A stretch of 64,000 nt of DNA from Methanomassiliicoccaceae archaeon (GTDB taxonomy: Archaea; Thermoplasmatota; Thermoplasmata; Methanomassiliicoccales; Methanomassiliicoccaceae): positions 96,001 through 160,000 of the forward strand of contig JAXGZN010000001.1 in the NCBI GenBank assembly GCA_040776945.1. The letters run 5' to 3'. Position numbers and translations under genes: made by a program. Below the pieces are notes generated by a model. That model saw only the letters and a program-made list of their open reading frames with translations, searched no databases and was not told the origin of the DNA. Positions 30,698-40,708 of this stretch are shown one piece after another. Position 1 is the first letter of the stretch. Every line of letters starts with the position of its first letter.

Positions 30698-31087
30698 ATG
30701 CAGAGCGACCCATTAAATGATGCCATGTCGACCATCAAGAACGCGGCCTCGGTAGGGAAGAGCGAATGCACCATACGCCCCTCCTCGAAGCTGATCGGTA
30801 GAGTGCTGAAGGTCATGCAGGAGCATGGCTACATCAACCAGTTCGAGTTCGTCGAGGATGGAAAGGCCGGCGTGTTCAAGGTTAGGATACAGGGAAAGAT
30901 AAACGACTGCGGCGTGATAAAGCCGAGATACTCGGTTCAGAAGAACGATCTGGAGAGGTTCGAGTCCAGATACCTGCCCGCTCAGGACTTTGGAGTGCTC
31001 ATACTGACGACCACCGCGGGCGTCGTGAGCCATGCCAGGGCCAAGGAGCTCGGGGTGGGCGGAAAGCTTCTGGCCTACGTGTACTGA
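30698..31087 (+). CDS. rps8: 30S ribosomal protein S8
   Basis: [25 protein letters not shown]. Confidence 0.96.
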   Translation: MQSDPLNDAMSTIKNAASVGKSECTIRPSSKLIGRVLKVMQEHGYINQFEFVEDGKAGVFKVRIQGKINDCGVIKPRYSVQKNDLERFESRYLPAQDFGVLILTTTAGVVSHARAKELGVGGKLLAYVY

Positions 31088-31097
31088 GGGGAATTCG

Positions 31098-31649
31098 ATG
31101 ACACTAAGCGGAATACTGGAAGAGAGGGTGGCCGTCCCCAAAGGGGTCACCGTCACCATCAACGGTTCCATCGTAGAGGTCAAAGGCCCCAAGGGAAAGC
31201 TCAGCCGGGACTTCTACAATCCCAAGACCAAAGTTAGCCTGGACGGGGACGAGCTGGTCGTAAGCTGCGAGATGCCGAGGGTCAAGGACAAGGCCATGAT
31301 CGGGACCTTCGCCTCGCATCTGAACAACATGATAGATGGCGTAACTGCCGGGTTCGAGTACCACATGAAGATCGTGTTCTCTCACTTCCCGATCAAGACA
31401 GCGGTGAAGGGGGACAGGTTCGTCATAGAGAACTTCCTCGGAGAGCGGGCCCCGCGCACCGCCAAGATACTGGGCGACACCAAGATCGTGGTGAAGGGCA
31501 ACGATGTGGTGCTGAGCGGCATCAGTGTAGAGGACATCGGTCAGACCGCGGCCAATATCGAATATGCCACCAAGATATGGGGATATGACTCCCGGGTGTT
31601 CCAGGACGGCATTTACATCACCGAGAAGGCCAAGAAGGTGAGCTCATGA
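31098..31649 (+). CDS. rpl6: 50S ribosomal protein L6
   Basis: VKGPKG, SHFPI, NFLGE, RVFQDGIYI. Confidence 0.96.
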   Translation: MTLSGILEERVAVPKGVTVTINGSIVEVKGPKGKLSRDFYNPKTKVSLDGDELVVSCEMPRVKDKAMIGTFASHLNNMIDGVTAGFEYHMKIVFSHFPIKTAVKGDRFVIENFLGERAPRTAKILGDTKIVVKGNDVVLSGISVEDIGQTAANIEYATKIWGYDSRVFQDGIYITEKAKKVSS

Positions 31650-32389
31650 GCAAGGAGAAGAAGGTAGAGATCAACGAGCTGTCGGACCTCCCCCATTATA
31701 AGGAGGAGTTCACCGCACAGCTCGAGGACATGGGCATCACGTCCGTTCCTGAACTAAGGGAGGCCCTCCGCCACTCGGGCAAGAGCAAGAAGATAATGGA
31801 CGACCTCATAGGGGTCGGCCCTAAGACGATCAAGTCCTGGAGGACGCTTCTCGGCGTTAAGGTGGAGAAGAAGTCCAAGAAGGCCATCGCGCCCGCGGCT
31901 GAGACCAAGCCCGCCGAGAAGGAGGCCGAGGATGTCGAGATCGTGGAGAGGCCAGCCGCTGAGGTCGTTGAGAAAGGCGCCTACGTAGCCAAGAAGAAAC
32001 CGGCCCTCGACGACGAGACCAAGAAGCTTCTGGCCCTCCGCGACGAGATGAGCCGTGACCGCATCGCCTTCCTAAGGCAGGAGTGGTTCCGCTTCCCCCG
32101 TCTGGGCGAGAAGTGGAGAAGGCCGCGCGGCTTGCACAGCAAGATGCGCCGCCATATACAATACCGGCCCAACGTGGTCAGCATCGGCTACCGCGGACCG
32201 GCCAAGGTACGCGGCCTGCACCCCTCTGGATTCCAGGAGGTCATGGTATGGAACCCCGACCAACTGGACAAGGTTGACCCCAAAGTGCAGGCGGTCAGGG
32301 TCGGAGGCAGCGTGGGATTCAAGAAGAGGCAGGCCATCGAGCAAAGGGCCGATGAGCTGGGCATTCGTGTCCTCAACAGGACGGGATGA
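31646..32389 (+). CDS. rpl32e: 50S ribosomal protein L32e with N-terminal extension
   Basis: WRRPRGLHSK, GLHPSG in the C-terminal half. Confidence 0.93.
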   Translation: MSKEKKVEINELSDLPHYKEEFTAQLEDMGITSVPELREALRHSGKSKKIMDDLIGVGPKTIKSWRTLLGVKVEKKSKKAIAPAAETKPAEKEAEDVEIVERPAAEVVEKGAYVAKKKPALDDETKKLLALRDEMSRDRIAFLRQEWFRFPRLGEKWRRPRGLHSKMRRHIQYRPNVVSIGYRGPAKVRGLHPSGFQEVMVWNPDQLDKVDPKVQAVRVGGSVGFKKRQAIEQRADELGIRVLNRTG

Positions 32390-32847
32390 ATATGGACCTA
32401 AAGAACCAGAGGCGTATGGCGGCCGAGATACTGGATTGCGGGGAGAACCGTGTCTGGATCGATCCCAACCGGGCCGAGGACCTTGCCGACGCCATCACAC
32501 GGGCGGACATCCGAACCGCCATCGAGTCCGGCACCATCAAGGCGCTGCCCAAGGCCGGCATCTCGAAGGGGCGGACAAGGCACAACGCCGCCCAGCGCAG
32601 GAAGGGCCGCCAGCGCGGCCCCGGGAGCAGGAAGGGCAGGGCCGGGGCCAGGAACCCCTCCAAGAGGGACTGGATCCAGACCATCAGGCCCATCCGTGCC
32701 GAGCTGCGGGACCTCCGGGACACCGGTAAGATCTCCAAGAGCGTCTACCGCGAGTTCTACATGAAGGCCAAGGGAGGGGTGTTCAAGAGCCGGAACCACC
32801 TGCTCACTCACCTCCGGACCGAGGGCCACCTGCAGGAGGCTAAGTAA
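32386..32847 (+). CDS. rpl19e: 50S ribosomal protein L19e
   Basis: QRRMAA..RVWIDP, GPGSRKG. Confidence 0.96.
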   Translation: MNMDLKNQRRMAAEILDCGENRVWIDPNRAEDLADAITRADIRTAIESGTIKALPKAGISKGRTRHNAAQRRKGRQRGPGSRKGRAGARNPSKRDWIQTIRPIRAELRDLRDTGKISKSVYREFYMKAKGGVFKSRNHLLTHLRTEGHLQEAK

Positions 32848-33348
32848 ATGGCAGAAGGACCGAGATACAGGGTGAACTTCCGCAGGCGCAGGGAAGGAAG
32901 GACCGATTACAGGCAGAGGCAGAGGCTGCTCAGAGGGCGGGTCCCCCGGGCGGTCGTGCGCCTCTCTCACAGGAACGCGAACGTACAGTTCATCACCTAC
33001 GACGAGAAGGGCGACAAGGTCGTCGCCGCCGCTACCTCCAAGGAGCTGACCAAGCTCGGATGGTCCGGCGCGACGGGGAACCTCCCCGCGGCCTACCTCA
33101 CCGGCTACCTAGCCGGCAAGAGGGCTTCCCAGAGCGGCGTGGAAGAGGCTGTGCTGGATATCGGCCTAAAGGGGCCGGCGAGAGGCTCGGCCGTCTTCGC
33201 AGCCCTGAAAGGCATGCTCGATGCGGGCATCTCCATCCCTCACGGCGAGGAAGTGCTCCCTGCCGGAGAGAGGATCAACGGCGCCCACATCGATGAGAAC
33301 ATGAGCAAGATGGTCGAAGAGGTCAAGAGCCGGCTGGAGGCGATGTAA
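32848..33348 (+). CDS. rpl18: 50S ribosomal protein L18
   Basis: [19 protein letters not shown]. Confidence 0.96.
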   Translation: MAEGPRYRVNFRRRREGRTDYRQRQRLLRGRVPRAVVRLSHRNANVQFITYDEKGDKVVAAATSKELTKLGWSGATGNLPAAYLTGYLAGKRASQSGVEEAVLDIGLKGPARGSAVFAALKGMLDAGISIPHGEEVLPAGERINGAHIDENMSKMVEEVKSRLEAM

Positions 33349-33349
33349 G

Positions 33350-34045
33350 ATGGCAGAATGGAACCCGAAGACAAGACTGGGCAAGATGGTCCTGAGCGGT
33401 GAGATAACCACAATGAGCCAGGCCCTTGCCACCAAGCTCCCCCTTAGGGAGCCTGAGATCGTCGACATCCTGCTTCCCGAAATGAAGGACGAGGTCATCG
33501 ACCTCAACATGGTCCAGAGGATGACCGACTCCGGCCGCAGGGTCCGGTTCGCGGTCACCAGCTGCGTCGGAAACGGCGACGGCTTCGTAGGCCTTGGCAG
33601 GGCCAAGGGCAAGGAGGTCGGACCCACCATCCGCAAGGCCATTGACAACGCCAAGCTGAACATCATCGAGATCAAGCGCGGGTGCGGCTCTTGGGAATGT
33701 GGGTGTGGCACGGCCCACTCCATCCCCCTGGTCGTCGTCGGCAAGTCCGGGTCGGTCGAGGTCACCCTGAAGTCAGCGCCCCGAGGCATCGGGTTGGCGG
33801 TCGGCGATGTTGCCAAGACCATCCTTGGCCTCGCCGGCATAAGGGACGCCTGGGGGTTCGCCCGCGGGCATACCAAGACCACTGTCAACTATGCCTTGGC
33901 GACCTTTGATGCCCTCAAGAGGACGTCCGAGGTACGAGTGTCAGATGAGCAGGAGAAGCGGTTGAAGATCATCAGCGGACCTACCAGGGTCCATGTGGCC
34001 GGCGCGCCCATAGAGGGCGACGCCGACGCGCTCAGGGAAGCGTGA
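33350..34045 (+). CDS. rps5: 30S ribosomal protein S5
   Basis: [23 protein letters not shown]. Confidence 0.96.
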   Translation: MAEWNPKTRLGKMVLSGEITTMSQALATKLPLREPEIVDILLPEMKDEVIDLNMVQRMTDSGRRVRFAVTSCVGNGDGFVGLGRAKGKEVGPTIRKAIDNAKLNIIEIKRGCGSWECGCGTAHSIPLVVVGKSGSVEVTLKSAPRGIGLAVGDVAKTILGLAGIRDAWGFARGHTKTTVNYALATFDALKRTSEVRVSDEQEKRLKIISGPTRVHVAGAPIEGDADALREA

Positions 34046-34050
34046 TTAAA

Positions 34051-34515
34051 ATGGCATTCGCGGTCATCAGAGTTCGCGGACACATAAAGATAAACAAGGA
34101 CGTCGAGGACACGATGAGCATGCTCCGCCTCACCCGCGTCAACCACTGCGTGATCATCCCCCAGAACGATGTGATGAAGGGGATGCTGCAGAAGGCCAAG
34201 GACTTCATCACCTGGGGAGAGGTCTCCGAGGAGACCCTCGCTAGGATGATCAGGACCCGCGGCCGGCTCATGGGGGACAGGCCCATCGATGATGCCTATG
34301 TGGGAGCGAACTCCCAGTTCGGCTCCATCGATGAGTTCGCCAGGAGCGTGGTCAAGGACGAGACCAAGTACTCCGAGCTGAAGGATGTCAAGCCCCTGTT
34401 CAGGCTGCATCCCCCCATTCAGGGCTACGAGGCAGTGAAGAAGGACCTCAAGACCCACGGGTCACTGGGGTATAGGGGCGAAAAGATCAACGCCCTCATC
34501 GAGAAGATGCTGTGA
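34051..34515 (+). CDS. rpl30: 50S ribosomal protein L30
   Basis: AVIRVRG, FITWGE, FRLHPP. Confidence 0.96.
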   Translation: MAFAVIRVRGHIKINKDVEDTMSMLRLTRVNHCVIIPQNDVMKGMLQKAKDFITWGEVSEETLARMIRTRGRLMGDRPIDDAYVGANSQFGSIDEFARSVVKDETKYSELKDVKPLFRLHPPIQGYEAVKKDLKTHGSLGYRGEKINALIEKML

Positions 34516-34525
34516 GGTGCTAGAC

Positions 34526-34951
34526 ATGCCAAGCAGGACCAATAAGTTCAGAGGAAGCCGCACCCACGGCCGCGGAAAGAAGAGCGGCAGGGGCGCCGGC
34601 AAGAGAGGAGGCACCGGCAATGCCGGCCTCCATAAGCACAAGACCATGAGCGTGCTCAAGTACGATCCGATGCACTTCGGCCGCCACGGCTTCAAGCGCC
34701 CGCAGAAGGTCGTTTCCGCCAAGATCACCCTTAACGTAGGGGACCTGGAGGAGCGCCTTGAGGAGTTCCAGAAGCAGGGCTTTGCTGTGAACGAGGACGG
34801 CAAAGTAAAAATCAACCTTGCCAATATGGGCGTCGACAAGCTCCTGGGTTTCGGGAAGATATCAAACCCCTTCGACGTGGTGGTCGCCGAGTCCTCGGTC
34901 CGGGCCAAAGAGAAGCTCGAGGCCGCTGGGGGCTCGGTAGCCCAACCTTAG
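34526..34951 (+). CDS. rpl15: 50S ribosomal protein L15
   Basis: RGSRTHG, GGTGNAG, FGRHGF. Confidence 0.96.
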   Translation: MPSRTNKFRGSRTHGRGKKSGRGAGKRGGTGNAGLHKHKTMSVLKYDPMHFGRHGFKRPQKVVSAKITLNVGDLEERLEEFQKQGFAVNEDGKVKINLANMGVDKLLGFGKISNPFDVVVAESSVRAKEKLEAAGGSVAQP

Positions 34952-34981
34952 CCAGGCAGTACGCACTAATAGGGATGACTC

Positions 34982-36562
34982 ATGGCCGAGCTACAGAACA
35001 GCCGACTCTACAGGTTGAAGCCGCTCACGGATAGACTCCCATCGATCAAGCGACCGGAAGGGCATGTGCACTTCCGGACCAAGATCATGTGGGTCATCCT
35101 CATGCTGGTCTTCTACTTCGTAATGACCAACGTGTTCCTCTTTGGATTGGACCAGAGCAGGATCATCGACATCTTCGGTCCGTATCGGGCGATCCTTGCC
35201 GGCGCGCAGGGTTCGCTGATGCATCTGGGCATCGGCCCGATCGTCACCGCGTCGATCATCATGCAGCTGTTCGTCGGCGCGAAGATCATCAAGCTCGACC
35301 TTACCAACGACGAGGACAAGGCGGTGTACCAGGGGACCCAGAAGTTCCTGGTCATCATCATGATCCTCGTGGAGTCCATCCCTCAGGTGTTTGGCTACCT
35401 GGTCCCCTCCAATACCCTTATCACCGGCCTCAACGACATGACCGGAGCGGAGGGGGTGTTCAGCGGCGCCAACCTGGCGCGCATCATCATAATAGCGCAG
35501 CTGTTCGTCGGCTCTTACCTCGTCTTCCTCATGGACGAAGTGGTGTCCAAGTGGGGAATAGGAAGCGGGATCTCGCTGTTCATCGCCGCCGGCGTAGCGC
35601 AGGCCATATTCACCGGGACGGTCAACTGGTACCCGGTGGAAGGTGGCGTGGCGACCGTCGGCAATCCTCCGGCAGGCACCATCCCCAAGACCATATTCCT
35701 TCTCACCTCGATGTCCGCGAGCGAACTGGCAGGAGGAGGCTACGAACGGATATTGATACAAAATCCCAATCCAGTGGTAGCGCTCATCGGGACCATAGCG
35801 ATCTTTCTGTTCGTCTCATATATCGAATCGGCGAGGATCGAGCTCCCTCTGGCCCACGGGACCGCGAGGGGCGCCCGCGGACGGTATCCGATCAAGCTGC
35901 TGTACGCATCCAACATCCCGGTCATCCTTATGTCCGCGGTGCTGGCGAACGTCAGCATGTTCGCGTACCTCTTCTATACCAACGACTTCCTGTCTCAGGT
36001 GCCGATCCTGGGCGGCAACTCCCTGTTAGGCTACTATACTCCAGACTCTGGTACCTCCGCGGCCGGAGGACTGGCATGGTATCTTACCACGCCCAACGGT
36101 CTCGCTGGCTGGCTGCTCCCGCTGCTCAACCCCGAAGGATATTCACATGTGGTCTTCGGGCACGGCTCTCTGCAGATATTCATCCGAGTGGTGACGTTCT
36201 TCAGCGTCATGGTCCTCGGCTCGATACTGTTCGCCAAGTTCTGGATCATGACCACCAATATGGGCCCGGAAGCGGTGGCCAGGCAGATCGAGAACTCCGG
36301 GCTTCAGATACCTGGTTTCCGGCGCGATCCCCGGGTGCTCAAGCGCGTGCTAGAAAGATATATCCCAGTGGTGACAGTGATATCGGGGGCCATGGTAGGA
36401 GCGCTGGCGGCGGGAGCGGACCTCATCGGTACCGTGGGGAACGCCTCCGGTACCGGCGTGCTGCTGGCGGTCGGCATCCTTATCCAGTTCTATGAGGCGC
36501 TGGGCAGGGAACAGATGATGGAGATGCACCCCATGCTGAGAGGGTTCTTCGGAGGCGAGTGA
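34982..36562 (+). CDS. secY: Preprotein translocase subunit SecY
   Basis: LGIGPIVTA, SKWGIGSGISLFI, YASNIPVI, QIPGFR. Confidence 0.97.
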   Translation: MAELQNSRLYRLKPLTDRLPSIKRPEGHVHFRTKIMWVILMLVFYFVMTNVFLFGLDQSRIIDIFGPYRAILAGAQGSLMHLGIGPIVTASIIMQLFVGAKIIKLDLTNDEDKAVYQGTQKFLVIIMILVESIPQVFGYLVPSNTLITGLNDMTGAEGVFSGANLARIIIIAQLFVGSYLVFLMDEVVSKWGIGSGISLFIAAGVAQAIFTGTVNWYPVEGGVATVGNPPAGTIPKTIFLLTSMSASELAGGGYERILIQNPNPVVALIGTIAIFLFVSYIESARIELPLAHGTARGARGRYPIKLLYASNIPVILMSAVLANVSMFAYLFYTNDFLSQVPILGGNSLLGYYTPDSGTSAAGGLAWYLTTPNGLAGWLLPLLNPEGYSHVVFGHGSLQIFIRVVTFFSVMVLGSILFAKFWIMTTNMGPEAVARQIENSGLQIPGFRRDPRVLKRVLERYIPVVTVISGAMVGALAAGADLIGTVGNASGTGVLLAVGILIQFYEALGREQMMEMHPMLRGFFGGE

Positions 36563-36565
36563 TAG

Positions 36566-37243
36566 ATGCAGAACGCCCCCGTCCCCGCAAGGCCGGCGCC
36601 TGACCCGAAGAAGCAGATGAACCAGTTCATCACCATCTTCATCTTCGTGTTCGCCATGTTCGTGCTCTTCGACCAGTCCCTGAGGACTTGGCTGGGCACC
36701 ATGGTCGGTTATGTACTAGAGCCTCTGGTGGGCCTTAACGGCAGCATGCCGGTGGTAACCCTGTTCCTCACAGGCATCATCATGACCTCGCTGTCCATCG
36801 TCCTCCGGCACTTCTTCACCGATTACGTCGGCCAGGCCGAGAGCCAGAAGATCGTCAGCGCGTTCAATAAGGAACTTCAGAAGGCCAGACTGGAGAACAA
36901 TAAATACAAGATCAAGAAGCTCACGGAGGAGCAGCCCAAGATCCTGCAGAAGTCGATGGACATGTCCACTGGTCAGATGAAGCTCATGCCCATCACCATG
37001 TTGGCGATCATCCCCATATTCGCGTGGCTGGCAGTATGGATAGGCAGCCTTGACCATGCGATGGCAGTGGTCAACGTGCCCTGGGCCGGCAACGTGAGCC
37101 TAGTGGCCTCCAACCTCTTGCCGAACTGGGTGCTCCTCTACTCCCTGATAAGCATACCCTTCGGTCAGATCCTCAGCCGGACCCTGCGCTACTTCGAGTT
37201 CAGGAATAGGTTGAGAGAGGTCGAGGGCCGGGCGGCGGCATGA
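36566..37243 (+). CDS. DUF106 / EMC3-TMCO1 (Oxa1 superfamily) membrane protein
   Basis: Hydrophobic helices with a coiled-coil loop; standard position after secY. Confidence 0.85.
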   Translation: MQNAPVPARPAPDPKKQMNQFITIFIFVFAMFVLFDQSLRTWLGTMVGYVLEPLVGLNGSMPVVTLFLTGIIMTSLSIVLRHFFTDYVGQAESQKIVSAFNKELQKARLENNKYKIKKLTEEQPKILQKSMDMSTGQMKLMPITMLAIIPIFAWLAVWIGSLDHAMAVVNVPWAGNVSLVASNLLPNWVLLYSLISIPFGQILSRTLRYFEFRNRLREVEGRAAA

Positions 37244-37776
37244 GGATCACCATCAGCGGCCCGCCGGGGTCAGGGAAGACCACTGTGTGCCGGCTGGTCG
37301 GCGAGAGACTGGGCCTGGAGGTGGTGATCTCCGGAGACATATTCAGGCAGCTGGCCCGAGAGGCCTCGCTGCCCCTGGCCAAGTTTGGCTCGATGTGCGA
37401 ACTGGACCCCGAAGTGGACCGCAGGCTCGATGAGCGCATGATCGAGATCGCCCGGTCCAGGGACGATATTCTGTTGGAAGGGCGGCTCACCGGCCATATG
37501 CTCGCGAGGAACGGCATACCGGCGCTGAAGGTCTGCATGATCGCTGACCTCGACGTCCGCGCTGCCCGGGTGGCGGGACGGGAGGGCGGCACCGCCGATC
37601 AGAGAAAGAGAGAGATTGTCGAGCGCGAGGAGTGCGAGGCCCGGCGGTACTGTTCCTATTACAACATAGATATCAAGGACCGGAACATCTACGACCTGGT
37701 GATAGATACCACTAGCAAGACCCCGGAGCAGGTGGCCGACCTCATCTGCGACGCGGCGGTGAGAGGCCATGGCTGA
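37240..37776 (+). CDS. cmk: Cytidylate kinase (archaeal type)
   Basis: ITISGPPGSGKTT, LEGRL, YDLVIDT. Confidence 0.92.
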   Translation: MRITISGPPGSGKTTVCRLVGERLGLEVVISGDIFRQLAREASLPLAKFGSMCELDPEVDRRLDERMIEIARSRDDILLEGRLTGHMLARNGIPALKVCMIADLDVRAARVAGREGGTADQRKREIVEREECEARRYCSYYNIDIKDRNIYDLVIDTTSKTPEQVADLICDAAVRGHG

Positions 37777-38722
37777 GATGCTCGTCCGAGACAGAAGCCC
37801 CAAGGGAGTGGACGCCGGAAAGAGGCCGCAGGACAGGAGCATAGAGGAGCTCCTGGAGGCCGGCGTCATCATTATGGACAAGCCTATGGGGCCGACCTCG
37901 CACCAGGCGACGGCGTGGGTCCGCGATATCCTGCATATCGAGAAGATCGGGCACGGCGGCACGTTGGACCCCAAGGTCTCCGGGGTGCTGCCGATAGCCA
38001 CCGGGCGAGCGGTGCGCGCTCTGAACCTCGTCCTGCGCTCCGACAAGGAGTATGTCTGCTTGATGCGCCTCCACCGCGACCGCAAGGAGGAGCATATACG
38101 GCAGGTCATGAGCACCTTCACCGGGAGGATATACCAGACCCCGCCGGTCCGCTCCGCTGTGAAGCGCCAGATGCGCATACGGACGATCCATTCGCTCAAG
38201 GTCCTTGAGATCAGAGGCCGGGACGTGCTGTTCCGTGTGGACTGCGACGCCGGGACCTACATCCGGACGCTGTGCGTGGACATCGGTGACGCGCTGGGCG
38301 TGGGAGGGAGCATGGAGGACCTGCGGAGGACCCGGTCGGGCAACATGACCGAGGACCACGCGGTCTCGCTGCAGGACATCAAGGACGCGTACGTCGATTG
38401 GAAGGAGGGGGACGAGCGATGGCTGCGCTCGATGCTTCTCCCCATAGAGGCGCTCTTCGATCCGCTGCCCAAGATCATCATCAAGGACAGTGCCGTGGAC
38501 GCGGTATGCCACGGCGCGGACCTCGCTGCGGTCGGCGTGATAAAGGCCGACGCCGCCATCAAGAAGGATGCCGCTGTGACTATGTTCACCTCCAAGGGCG
38601 AGGCCGTGGCGGTCGGGACGGCATCCATGAGCGCGGAGGAAATGGTAAGGGCCAAGGAGGGCGTTGCCGCCTCCACCGACCGAGTGTACATGCCCGCCGG
38701 CACCTATCCCAAGATGTGGTAG
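37769..38722 (+). CDS. cbf5: H/ACA / tRNA pseudouridine synthase Cbf5
   Basis: DKPMGPTSHQ, GHGGTLDP, QTPPVRSAVKR, PUA domain. Confidence 0.95.
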   Translation: MAEMLVRDRSPKGVDAGKRPQDRSIEELLEAGVIIMDKPMGPTSHQATAWVRDILHIEKIGHGGTLDPKVSGVLPIATGRAVRALNLVLRSDKEYVCLMRLHRDRKEEHIRQVMSTFTGRIYQTPPVRSAVKRQMRIRTIHSLKVLEIRGRDVLFRVDCDAGTYIRTLCVDIGDALGVGGSMEDLRRTRSGNMTEDHAVSLQDIKDAYVDWKEGDERWLRSMLLPIEALFDPLPKIIIKDSAVDAVCHGADLAAVGVIKADAAIKKDAAVTMFTSKGEAVAVGTASMSAEEMVRAKEGVAASTDRVYMPAGTYPKMW

Positions 38723-39099
38723 GCGGAGCGATGGTTCCCTCCCAGCCGGCGATCTTTCTGTACGGGCCCTATATCGGCGTACACCGCACTGCTGCCCCAG
38801 GCCTCTCGCCCTTACTTAGACCTCTTGGCAGAAGTCGGCCCCCTCCGGGCCCATTCCCTCTTCGACCGCCCCCTCCCCTCAAGCCCCAACGGGGTCCCGC
38901 CCAGGCAATGGTTAGGCCGCCAGGCGTTGATGCTTGTCCCGGTGCCCGGGACGTTCGCGCCGCTCATCGCTGGACCGGGGAAAGGGCTGAAGCGGGGTGG
39001 CCGCCAAGGCCCATAGTGGAACGAGGCCACGGGCCCGGACCCTGAGATGCATGGACCATGAGGGTGGAAAATGCCTTCCAGCGGCACAATGTCCTTTCA

Positions 39100-39171
39100 T
39101 GTTAGAAATTCATAACAAGGCTTAAATACCAATGTGATATATTCCTAACATAAGGTTAGAATTGAATAACA
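39100..39171. promoter_or_regulatory. Three imperfect palindromic operators (TGTTA-N8-TAACA) around a TATA box
   Basis: 39100-117 TGTTAGAAATTCATAACA; 39133-150 TGTGATATATTCCTAACA; 39154-171 GGTTAGAATTGAATAACA; TATA CTTAAATA at 39121-128. Confidence 0.7.
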
Positions 39172-39182
39172 TAGGTGAGAGC

Positions 39183-39626
39183 ATGGCTCAGAACATGATA
39201 ATGGACGAAAAGGAGCAGAAGAACAGCAAGAGCATCGGAATGGTGCGCGCCAGGGCAATCAGCGTTTACCTCGGCGGCGCGCTGCTGATCGCCTGCGCGG
39301 TGCTCATGATGCTCGGGGACACCCTGGGTGACATACTGTGGTTTGAGGTCCTGCTCGGCCTCAGCCTGTTCATGGGCGGGATGTCCGAGTTCCTGGGGTT
39401 AAGAAAGCCGTTGAAGGACGAGCGAGCCGCCCGCATCGGCACGCTGGCGACGACCTACTCGTGGTACACCGTACTGCTGCTGGTGGCCACCATTGTCATG
39501 ATCTTCGGGTTCGGGGGCGGGCACAAGGTCAGCATGGAACAGGCCGTGGGAGCGATCTTGATCACCATGGTGGTGTCGTCCCTGAGCTTCAACTGGTACC
39601 TGGGCCGGAAAGGAGACGTGGAATGA
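39183..39626 (+). CDS. Small membrane protein (DUF2178-like)
   Basis: Four hydrophobic helices, KDER motif, C-terminal RKGDVE; coupled to an HTH gene. Confidence 0.7.
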   Translation: MAQNMIMDEKEQKNSKSIGMVRARAISVYLGGALLIACAVLMMLGDTLGDILWFEVLLGLSLFMGGMSEFLGLRKPLKDERAARIGTLATTYSWYTVLLLVATIVMIFGFGGGHKVSMEQAVGAILITMVVSSLSFNWYLGRKGDVE

Positions 39627-39835
39627 GGACCGCCATCAAGGAGCATAGGGCCCGCGTTAACCTGACGCAGGAGCAACTGGCCGAGAAGGTCGGGGTAAGG
39701 CGGGAGACCATAGTCTTCCTGGAGAAGGGCAAGTACAACCCCTCGCTGCGCCTCGCCCATGACGTGGCATCTGCCCTAGGCGTCAGGATCGACGATCTCT
39801 TCTTCTTCGACGACGAGGCAGGGAAGCAGGAGTGA
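39623..39835 (+). CDS. XRE-family helix-turn-helix regulator
   Basis: [29 protein letters not shown]. Confidence 0.93.
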   Translation: MRTAIKEHRARVNLTQEQLAEKVGVRRETIVFLEKGKYNPSLRLAHDVASALGVRIDDLFFFDDEAGKQE

Positions 39836-39867
39836 ACTTAATCTAGATGCCCGGGGTTCGGGGAGGC

Positions 39868-40377
39868 ATGGCCGTGGATGGTCTGAGCATAGTCAAGGTG
39901 GACGGCAGCAATGTCGACCAGTACGTGGAACTCATAAAAGCGCTGGCGGACTTCGAGGCCCTGGACCCTCCGGACGAGGCTGGCCGGACGAGGCTCATCA
40001 GGGACGTGACCTCCGACCCGCCCATGTTCCACGCTTACCTCGCCATGGTGGACGGCGTTCCCGCCGGTTACCTGGCCTTCTACTTTACCTATTCGACCTT
40101 CCTCGCGCGGCCTACGCTGTTCCTGGAGGATATCTTCATCCTTGAGAAATATCGGAAGAGGGGCATAGGCCGTGAGCTTTTCCGGTTCTGCGTCCGGGAG
40201 GCCAAGCGCCGGGAATGCGGCCGCATGGAGTGGACCGCTCTTGACTGGAACTCGCCAGCCCACCGCTTCTATGAAGGCATGGGCGCGAGGAGGATGGACT
40301 GGTACTTGTTCCGCCTCACCGCTGATGATTTCAGCAAGGCGCTGAACGGCGGGGCGAGGGATGCCTCTTCGCAGTGA
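39868..40377 (+). CDS. GNAT acetyltransferase (spermidine/diamine acetyltransferase-like)
   Basis: YSTFLARPTLFLEDIF..RKRGIG..LDWN. Confidence 0.9.
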   Translation: MAVDGLSIVKVDGSNVDQYVELIKALADFEALDPPDEAGRTRLIRDVTSDPPMFHAYLAMVDGVPAGYLAFYFTYSTFLARPTLFLEDIFILEKYRKRGIGRELFRFCVREAKRRECGRMEWTALDWNSPAHRFYEGMGARRMDWYLFRLTADDFSKALNGGARDASSQ

Positions 40378-40626
40378 TCAATGCCTTTCGTACCTCGACT
40401 CGTCCATCCGCCGCTTGAGCACCTCGTCCTCGTTCATGGGGACGCTCTCCTCACCGCCGGTGGCGGCACTGCCCCTCCCATCATCCGGGGCGTCGCCCCA
40501 GATGAACAACGGCGTCATCTTCCCGCACACGCCGCAGCGCCTTATCCTGACGACAAGGAGGTTCAACCCGAACATTCCGGGGACGAACAGCTCCCCGCAT
40601 CGCCTGCAGCGCCTTATGTCCGCCAT
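40378..40626 (-). CDS. Small zinc-ribbon hypothetical protein
   Basis: CRRC...CGVC. Confidence 0.55.
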   Translation of the reverse strand: MADIRRCRRCGELFVPGMFGLNLLVVRIRRCGVCGKMTPLFIWGDAPDDGRGSAATGGEESVPMNEDEVLKRRMDESRYERH

Positions 40627-40708
40627 GAATATTGAACGGGAACGCAGTTCATAATCCTTACCTGTCATGGAGGCTTGTCTGCCTCCGAGGGGTGCGTATG
40701 GTCCGGGA

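Noticed and set aside
35089-36495. Long alternative-frame ORFs such as 468 aa inside secY (similarly 16060-17190 and 46407-47531)
   Set aside because: Shadow ORFs caused by high-GC codon bias over well-supported genes; no recognisable motifs.
38720-39016. cbf5 ends in TAG and the frame stays open to another TAG at 39016, suggesting pyrrolysine read-through
   Set aside because: Cbf5 is already complete at YPKMW and the extension looks non-protein-like. I found no conserved gene in the window interrupted by an in-frame TAG.
38723-39095. GC-rich intergenic stretch as possible SRP RNA, RNase P RNA or tRNA
   Set aside because: No SRP helix-8, RNase P P4 or tRNA T-loop consensus recognised on either strand.
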